DNA of 64,000 nucleotides from Candidatus Saccharimonadota bacterium (GTDB lineage: Bacteria > Patescibacteriota > Saccharimonadia > Saccharimonadales > JAXHMH01): the NCBI GenBank assembly GCA_034521515.1, contig JAXHMH010000002.1, forward strand, positions 24,379 through 88,378, read 5' to 3'. Positions 54,045-63,873 of the stretch are shown in pieces. A program made the translations under genes and the position numbers. The notes under the pieces are model-generated. The model made no database searches. It saw only the letters and a program-made list of their open reading frames with translations, and was not told where the DNA came from. Within the stretch, counting starts at the first letter, position 1; every line of letters begins with the position of its first letter.

Positions 54045-54228
54045 TTACCATTTCTGAGCAGAGCAGCCTGTAATCAGATTGCAAAGCTTGATGAAATGGT
54101 GAGTGGGTGTTTATTTTAGTCTATGCCCTGCCCCCTAACTTGTTAGAGGGCAGGAATGTTGGCATACTAGTGCATCACTTTGACGCGTACTTTGTATGCA
54201 CGGGAGAGGCTTTTTACCTGAATTGGCA

Positions 54229-55137
54229 TTAAATCTCTCCTTTCTGTTTGTTGTTTATTTTTGCTGCGACACGCAGTTTAGCACTGCGAGCTCGCGGATT
54301 GGAAACTTTTTCATTTTTGCCGGCAATCACCGGCTTTTTGCTAAGCAATCGTAAATCTGCATCATATCGATTACCTGCATATTTTGCCAGTTGCTGTTTT
54401 ACGATCCTATCTTCCAAACTATGAAAGCTAATAATCGCTAGCCGACCACCTGGTGCAAGCATATCTACCCACAGGGGTATTGCCTGTTCCAGCTGCTCAA
54501 GCTCACTATTGACTGCAATCCTCAGCGCTTGAAACGTCCTGGTTGCCGGATGTATCCGACTACGGCCGCGCCAAGCTGATTTTACAATCTCAGCAAGCTG
54601 ACTGGTTGTGTGAATTGGCCTATGACGAATAATGAGCTCAGCTATTTTCTTAGCTTTGGGCTCTTCGCCGTAGTCCTTTAGTATCCTTTCTAGTTCTTCC
54701 ATACTGTACTCATTTACAATCGTAGAGGCACGGAGTGATTGTCGTTGATCCATCCGCATGTCGAGCGGACCTTCCTGTTGGATACTAAATCCACGTTCAT
54801 TATTATCAAGGTGCGGTGACGATGTCCCTAAATCTGCCAAAATACATTCATAATTTTTGTCTTGGCGCCGAAGTTCTTGGCTTGCTGTCAAAAAATCCTG
54901 GTGAACAATTTTGACTTGATCGCCGAACTGTTTCTGCAAAAACTCTACCGCGTATTGATCGCGGTCTACGAGCGTTGCCCTGCTTGGCGCTAAGGTGCGT
55001 TCCAACATTGCTGCTGCGTGTCCGCCGTACCCAGCCGTAAGATCAAGGAACGAGTCCCCGCTACGTGGATCTAGGTACTGCAACACTTCTTCAAGCAATA
55101 CTGGCGTATGTTTGTTTTGGTGTTTATTTTGGTGCAT
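54229..55137 (-). CDS. rsmH: 16S rRNA (cytosine1402-N4)-methyltransferase
   Basis: HTPVLLEEVLQYL...FLDLTAGYGGHA...ILADLGTSSPHLD...GFS...LRIAVNSEL...ISFHSLEDRIVK. Confidence 0.95.
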   Translation of the reverse strand: MHQNKHQNKHTPVLLEEVLQYLDPRSGDSFLDLTAGYGGHAAAMLERTLAPSRATLVDRDQYAVEFLQKQFGDQVKIVHQDFLTASQELRRQDKNYECILADLGTSSPHLDNNERGFSIQQEGPLDMRMDQRQSLRASTIVNEYSMEELERILKDYGEEPKAKKIAELIIRHRPIHTTSQLAEIVKSAWRGRSRIHPATRTFQALRIAVNSELEQLEQAIPLWVDMLAPGGRLAIISFHSLEDRIVKQQLAKYAGNRYDADLRLLSKKPVIAGKNEKVSNPRARSAKLRVAAKINNKQKGEI

Positions 55138-55570
55138 CGTGCACTATTTTTTTGGTGATCTTTTGTTTTTGTTTTTGTTTTTTTAAGGTCACCTATCTAG
55201 CAGTCAACTTTTTGTTTTTTGGTGGTTTTTGTTTTTGTGGTGTTTGTAATTGCGTTTGTTGAGACTTAGTGCGGATTTCGTTTGGTGAAATCTGCAAGGT
55301 CCTAGCTGCACTTACAAACAAGTTTGAGAGACTTATGTGTGAGGTGGAGTTTTGGGAGGTGTTTTGGTGTAAAGAACAAAGGTTTTTATAGTGGTTGCCT
55401 TCGGCCACTTGTTGACTGCCAGATAGCTAACCTTCAGCCATGAGACACCCCTTCGGGGTTTCTCATCGCGCAGGGCTTTGGCAAAGCCAAAGTCTCTGGC
55501 TGCTCTTCCCGAGAAAAGCGGCTACGATATATTTCTATCTAATTTCGTTTGGGTTTTTAAGGTACTTTAA

Positions 55571-55930
55571 CTATGCTGCAACTAGGCGCCAGTATTTACC
55601 AGCACGTATAGCAACAACACCACGATCAATCCCGGCATGGTCAAGTAAATGCTGTTCGATAGATATCCGACCTTGCTTTCCGTCAAGCGTTGCTTCGGTT
55701 TTACCCATACGAAACTGCACGTTGAGATCCGCTACGCTCTCATCAAGGATACTTCCCTGGAGCTGCGGCTCAACTAGCTCATCCCATACTGCCTTAGGGT
55801 ACAAATGCAAATAGTCTTTGAACCCTTTGGTGATAACTACCCCGCTACTCAGCTCGTCTCGAAGCTCGGCTGGTATTGTCAACCTCCGCTTGCTGTCGAG
55901 CTTTCTTTCGAAATAGTCTATCGTGGCCAT
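55571..55930 (-). CDS. mraZ: transcriptional regulator MraZ (short form, two SpoVT/AbrB-like halves)
   Basis: LDSKRRLTIPAELRDEL and LDGKQGRISIEQHLLDHAGI; first gene of the dcw cluster. Confidence 0.8.
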   Translation of the reverse strand: MATIDYFERKLDSKRRLTIPAELRDELSSGVVITKGFKDYLHLYPKAVWDELVEPQLQGSILDESVADLNVQFRMGKTEATLDGKQGRISIEQHLLDHAGIDRGVVAIRAGKYWRLVAA

Positions 55931-55988
55931 ATGTATGTAGTTAAGTTACTAGTGGTTTTTATTTTTATTGCTGGAGTAATCTATTTTG

Positions 55989-56039
55989 GATTACCCACGA
56001 TTACCCACTGACATGAGTTTACTACCCACCATTACCCAC
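55989..56039 (-). promoter_or_regulatory. candidate MraZ operator: four GTGGGTAAT-type boxes in two 10-bp-phased pairs
   Basis: Plus strand gattacccac gattacccac ...21 nt... tactacccac cattacccac; minus strand reads TGGGT + 5-nt spacer, as for the E. coli TGGGN-N5 MraZ sites; 59-109 nt upstream of the mraZ ATG. Confidence 0.55.
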
Positions 56040-56100
56040 TTGCAACCCTTTTCCAATAAAAAACCAGATAAAATCACTTAGTTATCCACAGATTTGACAG

Positions 56101-56130
56101 AAATAAAAATCCACCACAACATGTGGTGGA
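56101..56130 (-). terminator. intrinsic terminator of 56157..56606
   Basis: Minus strand tccaccaca-tgt-tgtggtgga followed by tttttattt. Confidence 0.7.
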
Positions 56131-56156
56131 TAAGTCCGTCCTTCAGACGCTATGAC

Positions 56157-56606
56157 TTACTGTCCGCCACCCTTAGTCTCGAAATCTTGGCCATACTCTG
56201 GAGTTCCCGGCTCAGGACCACCTTTGTTAGTATATACATCTACTGACTCGCCCTGATCCGGGTCGCCACCTTTGACTTCTATACGCATGTTTGGATGCAT
56301 ATCTTCAGGTGTACCCCCTTTTATATAATGCTCGACATCATCTGCTTCAGACCGACCTTCAAAGGCCATATCAGCCAGTTTGTAAGCTCCTGCAGCGGTT
56401 GGCACCGCTACCGATACAGCAAGCAGCCCGGCTGCAATTTTCCGTAGCTTTGCTGGTTCACTTTCGCTCGTTATCCTAGGGTTTGTTTCAGGCTCGTAAA
56501 GAGTACCCTTGCCTCGCCTTCTTTCTTTATTATCATCAAGTTTGGCCAAGAATTCGATGCCAACTTTACCTTTTTCTAGTGGATTTTTTTCTTCAGACAT
56601 GACCAC
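56157..56606 (-). CDS. hypothetical membrane-anchored protein
   Basis: 149 aa, central TM IAAGLLAVSVAVPTAAGAY, G/P/E-rich C-terminus. Confidence 0.55.
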   Translation of the reverse strand: MVMSEEKNPLEKGKVGIEFLAKLDDNKERRRGKGTLYEPETNPRITSESEPAKLRKIAAGLLAVSVAVPTAAGAYKLADMAFEGRSEADDVEHYIKGGTPEDMHPNMRIEVKGGDPDQGESVDVYTNKGGPEPGTPEYGQDFETKGGGQ

Positions 56607-56682
56607 ATTATAGCAAGCATTAGCGTTTCTGTCAATCTTATGACTACCCTAGCTTATACCCTATCTTAATTTACCGCTGACA

Positions 56683-57936
56683 TTAGAGCTCATCTACGCG
56701 TTTGGCGAACCATCTGGCGCTGGGACGTATAGTGCGTTTCATAGTCTTACGATCTACGTGTACCAGCCCAAACTGTGGCCACCAGCCATATTTCCACTCA
56801 AAGTTATCAAGTAGGCTCCAGTGTAAGTAACCACGTACGTCTACCCCTTCGCTTAACGCTCGCTCCATAGCAACAATTGTCTCCTCAATCCACCAACGGC
56901 GGTGTTTATCACTAGCATCAGCCAAACCATTCTCGGTCACAATTACCGGCTTTTTATACCTCACCCAGCATCTTTCCAGTAACTGATAGAGTCCCTCTGG
57001 CTCCATGTACCACCCCAAGTCACTTAACGGTATCTTAGGGTTAGCCACGTTCATAATACCCTTGTAATAATCAGTGAAATAATAGTTAAACCCTATATAA
57101 TCCTGATAGCGCATAATCCGGTTCAAAAACCACCAGTTCCAACCATAACGCATAATCTTAGTCGATACTTGGTCAAATATATTATGCGGACGTTTGGCCT
57201 GTATATTCCCCAGTTGTGCGGCAACCCCGATTTGCAAATGTTTTTTATCTTTTTTGAGAATCTTGTAAGCCCGTTTGTGAGCAGAAACCAGATTATAATA
57301 CACCTTGGCAGCGCTCCACCAACTCTTTTCTTGAGGCGGCCATTCACCCGTTAAATAACTAAAACTAGTGTAAACATTTGGCTCATTAAGCGTAATAATA
57401 TACTTCAGCAAATTACCGTATTCTTCGCCAAGCTTGTTTACAAACCTGTCAAAATACTTAAGATTAGCGCGTTTTTTGAAACCGCCCTTCTCCTCGAACC
57501 ACACCGGCACCGTCCAGTGCCAGATATTCAAAAAAGGCTCAATGTTCATTTTGAGCAACTCATTGATATACTGACGATAGTGTTCTATTGCCTTCTCGTC
57601 CCACTTGCCTTCCTCTGGCTCAATACGTGACCACTCTACACCGAACCTGAATGCATTTAGATTAAGCTCTTTTACTAGAGCAAAATCTTCTTTATAGCGT
57701 TTTAGGTGTTCGACACCCTTCCCGGATATGTAGTTATTAGGATCAGTTGCCTGGTCTTTAATATCGTGCCATGAAGGAAGCCAGCTAAGTCGCTCCGGAG
57801 CAGTTTTAGCCAACTCACCAGCATGAGCTAACTCCCAGACCGACCACTGGTTGTATGTGTTACCCTCAACTTGATGGCTGGCGGTACTTGCGCCCCAATA
57901 AAATTCGCGCGGGAAAACCGGGTGTTCCAAATTCAC
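56683..57936 (-). CDS. glycoside hydrolase family 1 (beta-glucosidase-like)
   Basis: FYWGASTASHQVEGN, acid/base TLNEPNVY, nucleophile IVTENG, ...WSLLDNFEW. Confidence 0.9.
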   Translation of the reverse strand: MNLEHPVFPREFYWGASTASHQVEGNTYNQWSVWELAHAGELAKTAPERLSWLPSWHDIKDQATDPNNYISGKGVEHLKRYKEDFALVKELNLNAFRFGVEWSRIEPEEGKWDEKAIEHYRQYINELLKMNIEPFLNIWHWTVPVWFEEKGGFKKRANLKYFDRFVNKLGEEYGNLLKYIITLNEPNVYTSFSYLTGEWPPQEKSWWSAAKVYYNLVSAHKRAYKILKKDKKHLQIGVAAQLGNIQAKRPHNIFDQVSTKIMRYGWNWWFLNRIMRYQDYIGFNYYFTDYYKGIMNVANPKIPLSDLGWYMEPEGLYQLLERCWVRYKKPVIVTENGLADASDKHRRWWIEETIVAMERALSEGVDVRGYLHWSLLDNFEWKYGWWPQFGLVHVDRKTMKRTIRPSARWFAKRVDEL

Positions 57937-58003
57937 TGTCTACCTCTCTTCATTATACTGTTCATACTTTATTGCTTCTTTCGTCACAGCTAGTGATTTA
58001 TTT

Positions 58004-58627
58004 TTAATTTTTTGATTTTCTTTTTGATCCCGACCGTGCATTATCCGTAGAACGATGAGCTTTAGCAAAACGCTTCCCCTCCCTATACGCCAGTTCATGT
58101 CGAAACGCATCAATACGATCAACATATTCTTCGTACCTATTATACAAGTTAGAGTAATGCCCGCTCGGTGCCAACAATTTAAGTAGTTTATTTTCGGCTT
58201 CAAGATATTCTACAAGACTATAAAAATCGCCATCACCAGATACGATGATAGCTTTATCGTAATGTTTCATCTCTTTCATAGCCCACAGAACCAAATCAGC
58301 ATCTACATTGCCTTTTACATGCTTATCTTCTTCAGCGGTATTGCTTTTGCTTTTATCTTGGTCGTCACCTTCAGGACGAGGGCGAGTCATATCAAATGTC
58401 GGCTTTAACACCACAGCAAAGCCGGTATCATGCAATTGTTCATACATTTTTTCTTGTTCTGGTATATAGCCTATAAACATATAGGCCTGGCTGACACCAT
58501 ATTTATCGGTCAAAAATTGGCGAAACTTCTTCCAATCCATCTTCCACCCCAAACGCTGCACGCTGACGTTAAGGTTCTGGCTATCGATGAATGCATACAC
58601 GCGCGGTGTTTTACGCCGTCTTCTCAT
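58004..58627 (-). CDS. NYN/LabA-like (DUF88) domain protein
   Basis: VYAFIDSQNLNVS...MFIGY...VDADLVLWAM...AIIVSGDGDFYSLVEYL. Confidence 0.8.
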   Translation of the reverse strand: MRRRRKTPRVYAFIDSQNLNVSVQRLGWKMDWKKFRQFLTDKYGVSQAYMFIGYIPEQEKMYEQLHDTGFAVVLKPTFDMTRPRPEGDDQDKSKSNTAEEDKHVKGNVDADLVLWAMKEMKHYDKAIIVSGDGDFYSLVEYLEAENKLLKLLAPSGHYSNLYNRYEEYVDRIDAFRHELAYREGKRFAKAHRSTDNARSGSKRKSKN

Positions 58628-58740
58628 AACACTATCTTACCACTTCTTTTTATTTTGTCCGTTTCGTCGCTGTTACGACTCGTCAGTACGACTGTTACTT
58701 CGTAGACGGAGCTAGGAAATGAATGGGAGCGAGGGGGATA

Positions 58741-59079
58741 TTACTTTATCACGCACCTGCGCTCTACCACCGTGCAATGCTCCCTACTGGTCTTTCTTCC
58801 CCCGAGGTATTTCCTTGAGAGTACCTTCTCCTCGTGCACCCAGAAGGAGTGCCCAAAGGCAGCACCTGCAATAGCTGTGAGGAGGAGGATTACGAGACCA
58901 GCGAAGCCTTTCACTTCACCCAGCACGAGCTCTAGACCACTCCAGAGAGCCGCCAGGCAAACTAGTGCAGCCATTAGAGCTACAAGTTGAGTCTTCAGCC
59001 GCAATCGTGCTAGCTGAACATCGTAATCGACTTGCCCCTCCGGAGCTGGCTCTTCCAGGCTGTGTCTTTTAGCATTCAT
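58741..59079 (-). CDS. small two-TM membrane protein
   Basis: MNAKRHSLEE...LVALMAALVCLAALWSGL...AGLVILLLTAIAGAAFG; internal ATG 59079 preferred over the track start. Confidence 0.45.
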   Translation of the reverse strand: MNAKRHSLEEPAPEGQVDYDVQLARLRLKTQLVALMAALVCLAALWSGLELVLGEVKGFAGLVILLLTAIAGAAFGHSFWVHEEKVLSRKYLGGRKTSREHCTVVERRCVIK

Positions 59080-59244
59080 CGCCCACACCTCCACAGATGA
59101 ATCTGGCCACCAGGTTTTTCCTAGCACTCACACTATACAATCTTCGTGTCTATGTTAAAAAGTTAAGCGTTTTCCTAAGGAGCGAGGTCTCGTCATTGAT
59201 AGTCTTCAATGGGCGCTTTTTGAGTATTATGCAAATTCCAGTCG

Positions 59245-60777
59245 TTACTTCAACTCGGTTATAGAATCTTCTCCAAAATGCTTTTTTAGCCTAGAGCGTA
59301 TGGATCCTGGATGGCGACCAAAGATTTCCGTCATTTCCTTAACACTCACCTTTTTCTTGCCAGAAAATAATTTGACCAGCTTATTATCATCGGCCTTACT
59401 CCAGGGCTTGTAGGCGTTAGGATATTTTTGCCTCATCTTTTCTAGCTTGGCCGTCCAGGTTCCGGGCTTGGCATCTTTATTAGCCTCTAACTCGGCTTGC
59501 CGCTTAGCAATATTTTCGCGCAAGTGTTCAAAACGTTGTTTATCAGATTGGGACTTGCTTCTTAGCGTGGTGTCAATAGTCAACGCCTCTTGGCTAACCC
59601 GCAGTGCCATTTGATTAATACCCGCCAAGCGCAAAGTTTTTAAGCTGCGCACGCGAGATAGAGCAACGTAGCCCATCCCCTCAACAAACGCCCGGCGTAA
59701 ATCAATCCGTGCTGCATCCAACGTCATGCCTTGGCTTTTATGTACTGTTATGGCCCACGCCAAGCGGAGTGGTAGCTGGGTAAGACTAGCCCGTTTTTTG
59801 TCACCGTCCCGCATTTCCCAGGTTTCTGGTGTTATAACCAATCGCCGCCCATTTCTAAGCTCTACTTCCGGATACCCGGTCTCGTCATCAAAACCAGTAA
59901 CCACACCAAGCGAACCATTGACATACTTTTTCTCGGCGTTATTTTTAACGCACATAATCAGCGCGCCTTGCTTGAGTTTCAAAGTCTCGTGCGCCAAGCA
60001 GGATTTTTTAAGAGATTCCACGTAGCTTTCTTTGCCTGTCGTTTCCATGTAATACACTTGTTCCTCTTCTTCAAATTGAGCTAAACGCTCTTTATTAATG
60101 GCGTCAACATCAACATTGTTGGTATGCAGCTCGGTCACTTCCTCAAACGGGTCAAAAGCTTGGCGACGTTCCAATAACGCTTCGGCGTGCCGACGGCGTA
60201 TGTCACCCTGGCGCATGGCATTTAGTATCTCGAGTAGCGTGTCATCATCCTGTCTATGCTGCTCATCAAGATAACAAACCACCGGATCAAGCTCATCCCA
60301 TACATTAGAGCTAACTACAAACGAACTCTTTGGCTGCTCACCACGGCTTACTGGCGGAAGCTGAAAAAAATCACCACAAAGCACTACCTGCAGACCGCCA
60401 AACGGCTCGTCAACACCGCGAACTTTTCGGGCGATATCATCCACCATATCCAGCCTATAATCGTGCAGCATAGAGATTTCATCAATGACAAGCACATCAG
60501 TTTTTTTGATAGTATCTCTGCGACCCTTCAATAAATGTTCATGAAACTTAGGCGGTAACTCGTCATGTATACCAATTCCACTCCACGAATGAATAGTGCT
60601 GCCATTAAGGTGGGTTGCTGCCAAACCAGTTGTAGCCGTTACGGCAACTGTCTTGCCGGATCGCTTTGCTTGCGCAATAAATTGGTTCAACACATGGGTC
60701 TTGCCCGACCCCGCCGGCCCGGTCAATAAAGTATTCTCACCCGCCAATAGTATCTCTAAAGCTAATGCTTGATCCAT
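59245..60777 (-). CDS. PIF1/RecD-like SF1B DNA helicase with C-terminal HTH-like extension
   Basis: Walker A LLTGPAGSGKTH, VLVIDEISML, VVLCGDFFQLPPV, ...ITVHKSQGMT. Confidence 0.85.
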   Translation of the reverse strand: MDQALALEILLAGENTLLTGPAGSGKTHVLNQFIAQAKRSGKTVAVTATTGLAATHLNGSTIHSWSGIGIHDELPPKFHEHLLKGRRDTIKKTDVLVIDEISMLHDYRLDMVDDIARKVRGVDEPFGGLQVVLCGDFFQLPPVSRGEQPKSSFVVSSNVWDELDPVVCYLDEQHRQDDDTLLEILNAMRQGDIRRRHAEALLERRQAFDPFEEVTELHTNNVDVDAINKERLAQFEEEEQVYYMETTGKESYVESLKKSCLAHETLKLKQGALIMCVKNNAEKKYVNGSLGVVTGFDDETGYPEVELRNGRRLVITPETWEMRDGDKKRASLTQLPLRLAWAITVHKSQGMTLDAARIDLRRAFVEGMGYVALSRVRSLKTLRLAGINQMALRVSQEALTIDTTLRSKSQSDKQRFEHLRENIAKRQAELEANKDAKPGTWTAKLEKMRQKYPNAYKPWSKADDNKLVKLFSGKKKVSVKEMTEIFGRHPGSIRSRLKKHFGEDSITELK

Positions 60778-60822
60778 AGACTACACAGTATACCGCATAT
60801 ATCTACACGGCGGCGACCGGAA

Positions 60823-62067
60823 TTACGACGGCCAAACGATGTTTTGCAAGTACTGATCAACTGTTTCGCCGCGACGAATAAGTTCCGGCTTACCATCACC
60901 CCTAATTAGCATCTCGGCCGAGCGCAGTAAGCCGTTATAGTTAAATCCCATGGCATGGCCATGCGCGCCAGCGTCATGGATTACGAGCAAATCCCCAGAC
61001 TCAACTTCTGGCAGCTCTCGGTCTATCGCAAACTTATCATTGTTTTCGCATAGTGCACCGACCACGTCATAACTATGTGTTAAATCGGCGTCTTCTTTAC
61101 CAAGCACCGTAATGTGGTGGTACGCCCCGTACATCCCTGGCCGCATAAGGTTTTGCATGGAGGCATCTACGCCTAGATAGGTTTTGTACTTTTCCATAAC
61201 ATATTGGACACGTGTTAATAGGAAACCTTGACTGCCTGTTACGTAACGTCCGTGTTCTGTATATACTTGCAGTTTTTTGCCATGTTTTTCAATAACCTGC
61301 TCCACCTCTTTTGCAGCTGCTACTACATCAAACGGCTCTTGATCGACTCGGTAATTAAGCCCAAACCCGCCACCAAGATTTATAAAGCTAATTGTGATCC
61401 CTGCGGCTTTTTCAATCTGCTCCACTGCCTCTAGTAGCAGCTCGGCTGTGTCGGTAAAATATGACACACTAAGCTCATTGGACGCCACCATGGTATGCAG
61501 CCCAAACTCCTTGATGTTTTCACGCTTGAGCTGCTTGAATGATTCTACTAATTCATTAATGCCCATGCCGTATTTTGCCTCGGTGGGCTCGCCAATAATA
61601 TCGTTACCAGACTTCAGGCTGCCTGGGTTATAGCGCGCGGCTACCCTGTTTAAAGACCCGCCGTTAAGCGCGTCTTTAAACGCCGATGCTTGGCTCAGGT
61701 CATCTATATTGACTGTCGCACCAAGCTCAATGGCCAGCTCAAAATCACGTTTTGGCGTGTTGTTACTTGAGTAAAAAATGTCTTCGCCAGCTACGCCAAG
61801 CCGTTGCATAATTGCAAGCTCAGCACGCGACGAACAATCAAACCCCATACACTCCTCCTGTAATATTTTTAGAATTACCGGGGTTGGCGTAGCTTTAACG
61901 GCAAAGAAGTTCTTATAGCCCTCCGCCCATTCAAACGCCTTATTAAGCCGCTGCGCGGTTTCACGTATTCCACGCTCATCATAAATATGCAGTGGAGTAC
62001 CAAACTCTTTGGCAATTTCCTCGGCAGCCTGTTTGTCGAATGGTAATCTTAGATCTTTTCGGTTCAT
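60823..62067 (-). CDS. lysA: PLP-dependent fold-III decarboxylase, diaminopimelate decarboxylase family
   Basis: GTPLHIYDE..., FFAVKATPTPVILKIL (PLP Lys), GFDCSSRAEL, NLGGGFG, ...CENNDKF; substrate assignment is tentative. Confidence 0.7.
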   Translation of the reverse strand: MNRKDLRLPFDKQAAEEIAKEFGTPLHIYDERGIRETAQRLNKAFEWAEGYKNFFAVKATPTPVILKILQEECMGFDCSSRAELAIMQRLGVAGEDIFYSSNNTPKRDFELAIELGATVNIDDLSQASAFKDALNGGSLNRVAARYNPGSLKSGNDIIGEPTEAKYGMGINELVESFKQLKRENIKEFGLHTMVASNELSVSYFTDTAELLLEAVEQIEKAAGITISFINLGGGFGLNYRVDQEPFDVVAAAKEVEQVIEKHGKKLQVYTEHGRYVTGSQGFLLTRVQYVMEKYKTYLGVDASMQNLMRPGMYGAYHHITVLGKEDADLTHSYDVVGALCENNDKFAIDRELPEVESGDLLVIHDAGAHGHAMGFNYNGLLRSAEMLIRGDGKPELIRRGETVDQYLQNIVWPS

Positions 62068-62073
62068 TGCAGC

Positions 62074-62349
62074 CTATCCAACCATCCGTTTTATCGTTGA
62101 CTCATATTCCGGAAAATAATTGCTAATCAAAGGTAAATCAAACTCACTGAGTATCGAGCTAGCTGGCTCCCGCTCCAACAAGAATACAAACGACTTTTCA
62201 ACTAGCTGCTCGGGATCGATCTTGCTTTCTGTGAGCATACGATAATAATCATCACTGCACCTAACTCGGTAAATATTGCCATCTACACGCACAGCAAATA
62301 CATATACATCGTCTTTATGTTCTCTCTGCTCAACTTGGACTTCCGTCAT
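62074..62349 (-). CDS. small conserved hypothetical protein
   Basis: 91 aa, 6 nt upstream of the lysA-like gene start. Confidence 0.5.
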   Translation of the reverse strand: MTEVQVEQREHKDDVYVFAVRVDGNIYRVRCSDDYYRMLTESKIDPEQLVEKSFVFLLEREPASSILSEFDLPLISNYFPEYESTIKRMVG

Positions 62350-62397
62350 GACATGATCATTGTAGCACCTACATTGCTAGTGTAATATCTCTGCTGC

Positions 62398-62838
62398 TTA
62401 GCTAGTATTGTGTAGTGATACCACATTACGCCATTTTTTGTCGTAGTGGTCTTTCAATCTATCTAACTTTTCTTCGCCACCAGCTAATTCTACTAGGACT
62501 TTTTGAGCTTTTTTGACATTTTGCTGAGCCACTCGTCTTTGTGCCACCAACTCGCTTCTATAGTGGGGTTTGTTGCCTTCCCAAGCAAACCGTTTTGATA
62601 CAACACCATACAACGCAACACCAAGCATTGCAATATTTTCCTCACTCGCCTCAACCTCAACAGGCTCTCGCCAAAACTCCGGACTCCCTTGCGTATCTTC
62701 TGCTTCCCGTATAGCAGTTGTAATTTCCTGGTTTACGGAATAGATAACGGAGCTTGTTGCCATACCAAGTTTAAGCGATGCTACATCTATACCCTCTATG
62801 GCAATCTTCGGTTTTTCTGGTGTACCCGACGGGTACAT
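62398..62838 (-). CDS. hypothetical protein
   Basis: 146-aa ORF, no motif recognised. Confidence 0.5.
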   Translation of the reverse strand: MYPSGTPEKPKIAIEGIDVASLKLGMATSSVIYSVNQEITTAIREAEDTQGSPEFWREPVEVEASEENIAMLGVALYGVVSKRFAWEGNKPHYRSELVAQRRVAQQNVKKAQKVLVELAGGEEKLDRLKDHYDKKWRNVVSLHNTS

Positions 62839-62943
62839 AGGGCTCCCCTTTGCTCATTTTATTACTATTTATTTACCACGTTGCTGGGTTTCAAGGCAAC
62901 ACTATTTATTAACCACTTTTTAATAACAACCTGTCCTTATTAT

Positions 62944-62969
62944 TAAACGCGCCACTCGACTGGCGCGTT
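62944..62969. terminator. 26-bp palindrome family member
   Basis: aaacgcgccactcgactggcgcgttt in the divergent gap 62839-63129. Confidence 0.4.
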
Positions 62970-63129
62970 TAGCGTTTGTGCTGCACAGACTCCAAATAGC
63001 ATGTGTTTTTGTTTTAGATTTATACTGAATACGCAAGCCGGCTTTCGTATTCAAGAACTCAGCGTCGCCTTATACAGTAAAAAGCTTCTGCTTTGTGAAT
63101 ACTTATTTGAGAGATACAATACTCGCATT

Positions 63130-63771
63130 ATGCCCTCAGAACCAGAAAACATTCCAGAAATGTCACCTATCAAACGTGCTGAAATAGACAGGAGTGAGTT
63201 TGGACCTAAAACTTACCGATGGATTACACGCATGAATAGAGGTCTCATGCTTCAACACGTGCGAGTTATGCTTGATGATTTTCAACCAACTCTTGAAGCA
63301 AATGGAGGATACGCCTACTACCACACCTACTATGGCGATGAGGAATACAAAGTCTTGCTGTCTAATACTATAGAAGTAGCACACCCAGGTAGTCATACAG
63401 TAATCATTAATAAACAGCGATCAACCAAATATGGCGAAGCGGGTTTCCCTGACGGAACAGCCATAGAGCTATGCGATGGCGCAATTACTCCAAGAGGAAA
63501 ATGGCTAAACAGCGCTATTGAGACTGTTCTACGTCCCGATCCATTGGTGTCTTGGGATAGACCCAATCTTGCCACAATACTACAGAAAACGCAGGACGGT
63601 CTACACATTTACGGCAACCTTGCAGATGGAGGTTTTTCACCGCAGCCACCGCGCGACTTAGACGATATAGCCATGGACAGTGAGATGCTCTGGAAGTCAT
63701 ACGAAGCATTGGCATTGTGCGCCCAAAGCCACCCAGAAGATGATATATACAATCTTAAGCTCCATGGCTAA
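63130..63771 (+). CDS. hypothetical protein
   Basis: MPSEPENIPEMSPIKRAEIDRSEFGPKTYRW...; start moved to ATG 63130. Confidence 0.5.
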   Translation: MPSEPENIPEMSPIKRAEIDRSEFGPKTYRWITRMNRGLMLQHVRVMLDDFQPTLEANGGYAYYHTYYGDEEYKVLLSNTIEVAHPGSHTVIINKQRSTKYGEAGFPDGTAIELCDGAITPRGKWLNSAIETVLRPDPLVSWDRPNLATILQKTQDGLHIYGNLADGGFSPQPPRDLDDIAMDSEMLWKSYEALALCAQSHPEDDIYNLKLHG

Positions 63772-63820
63772 AAACTCATGTCAGCCTATGACTTGAAATA
63801 TATAACTCTGTGTTACCACT

Positions 63821-63846
63821 AAACACGCCAGTCGACTGGCGCATTT
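63821..63846. terminator. 26-bp palindrome family member (degenerate)
   Basis: aaacacgccagtcgactggcgcattt between convergent genes. Confidence 0.45.
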
Positions 63847-63873
63847 CAGTTTTATGCCTAACGTAAACTCGAT

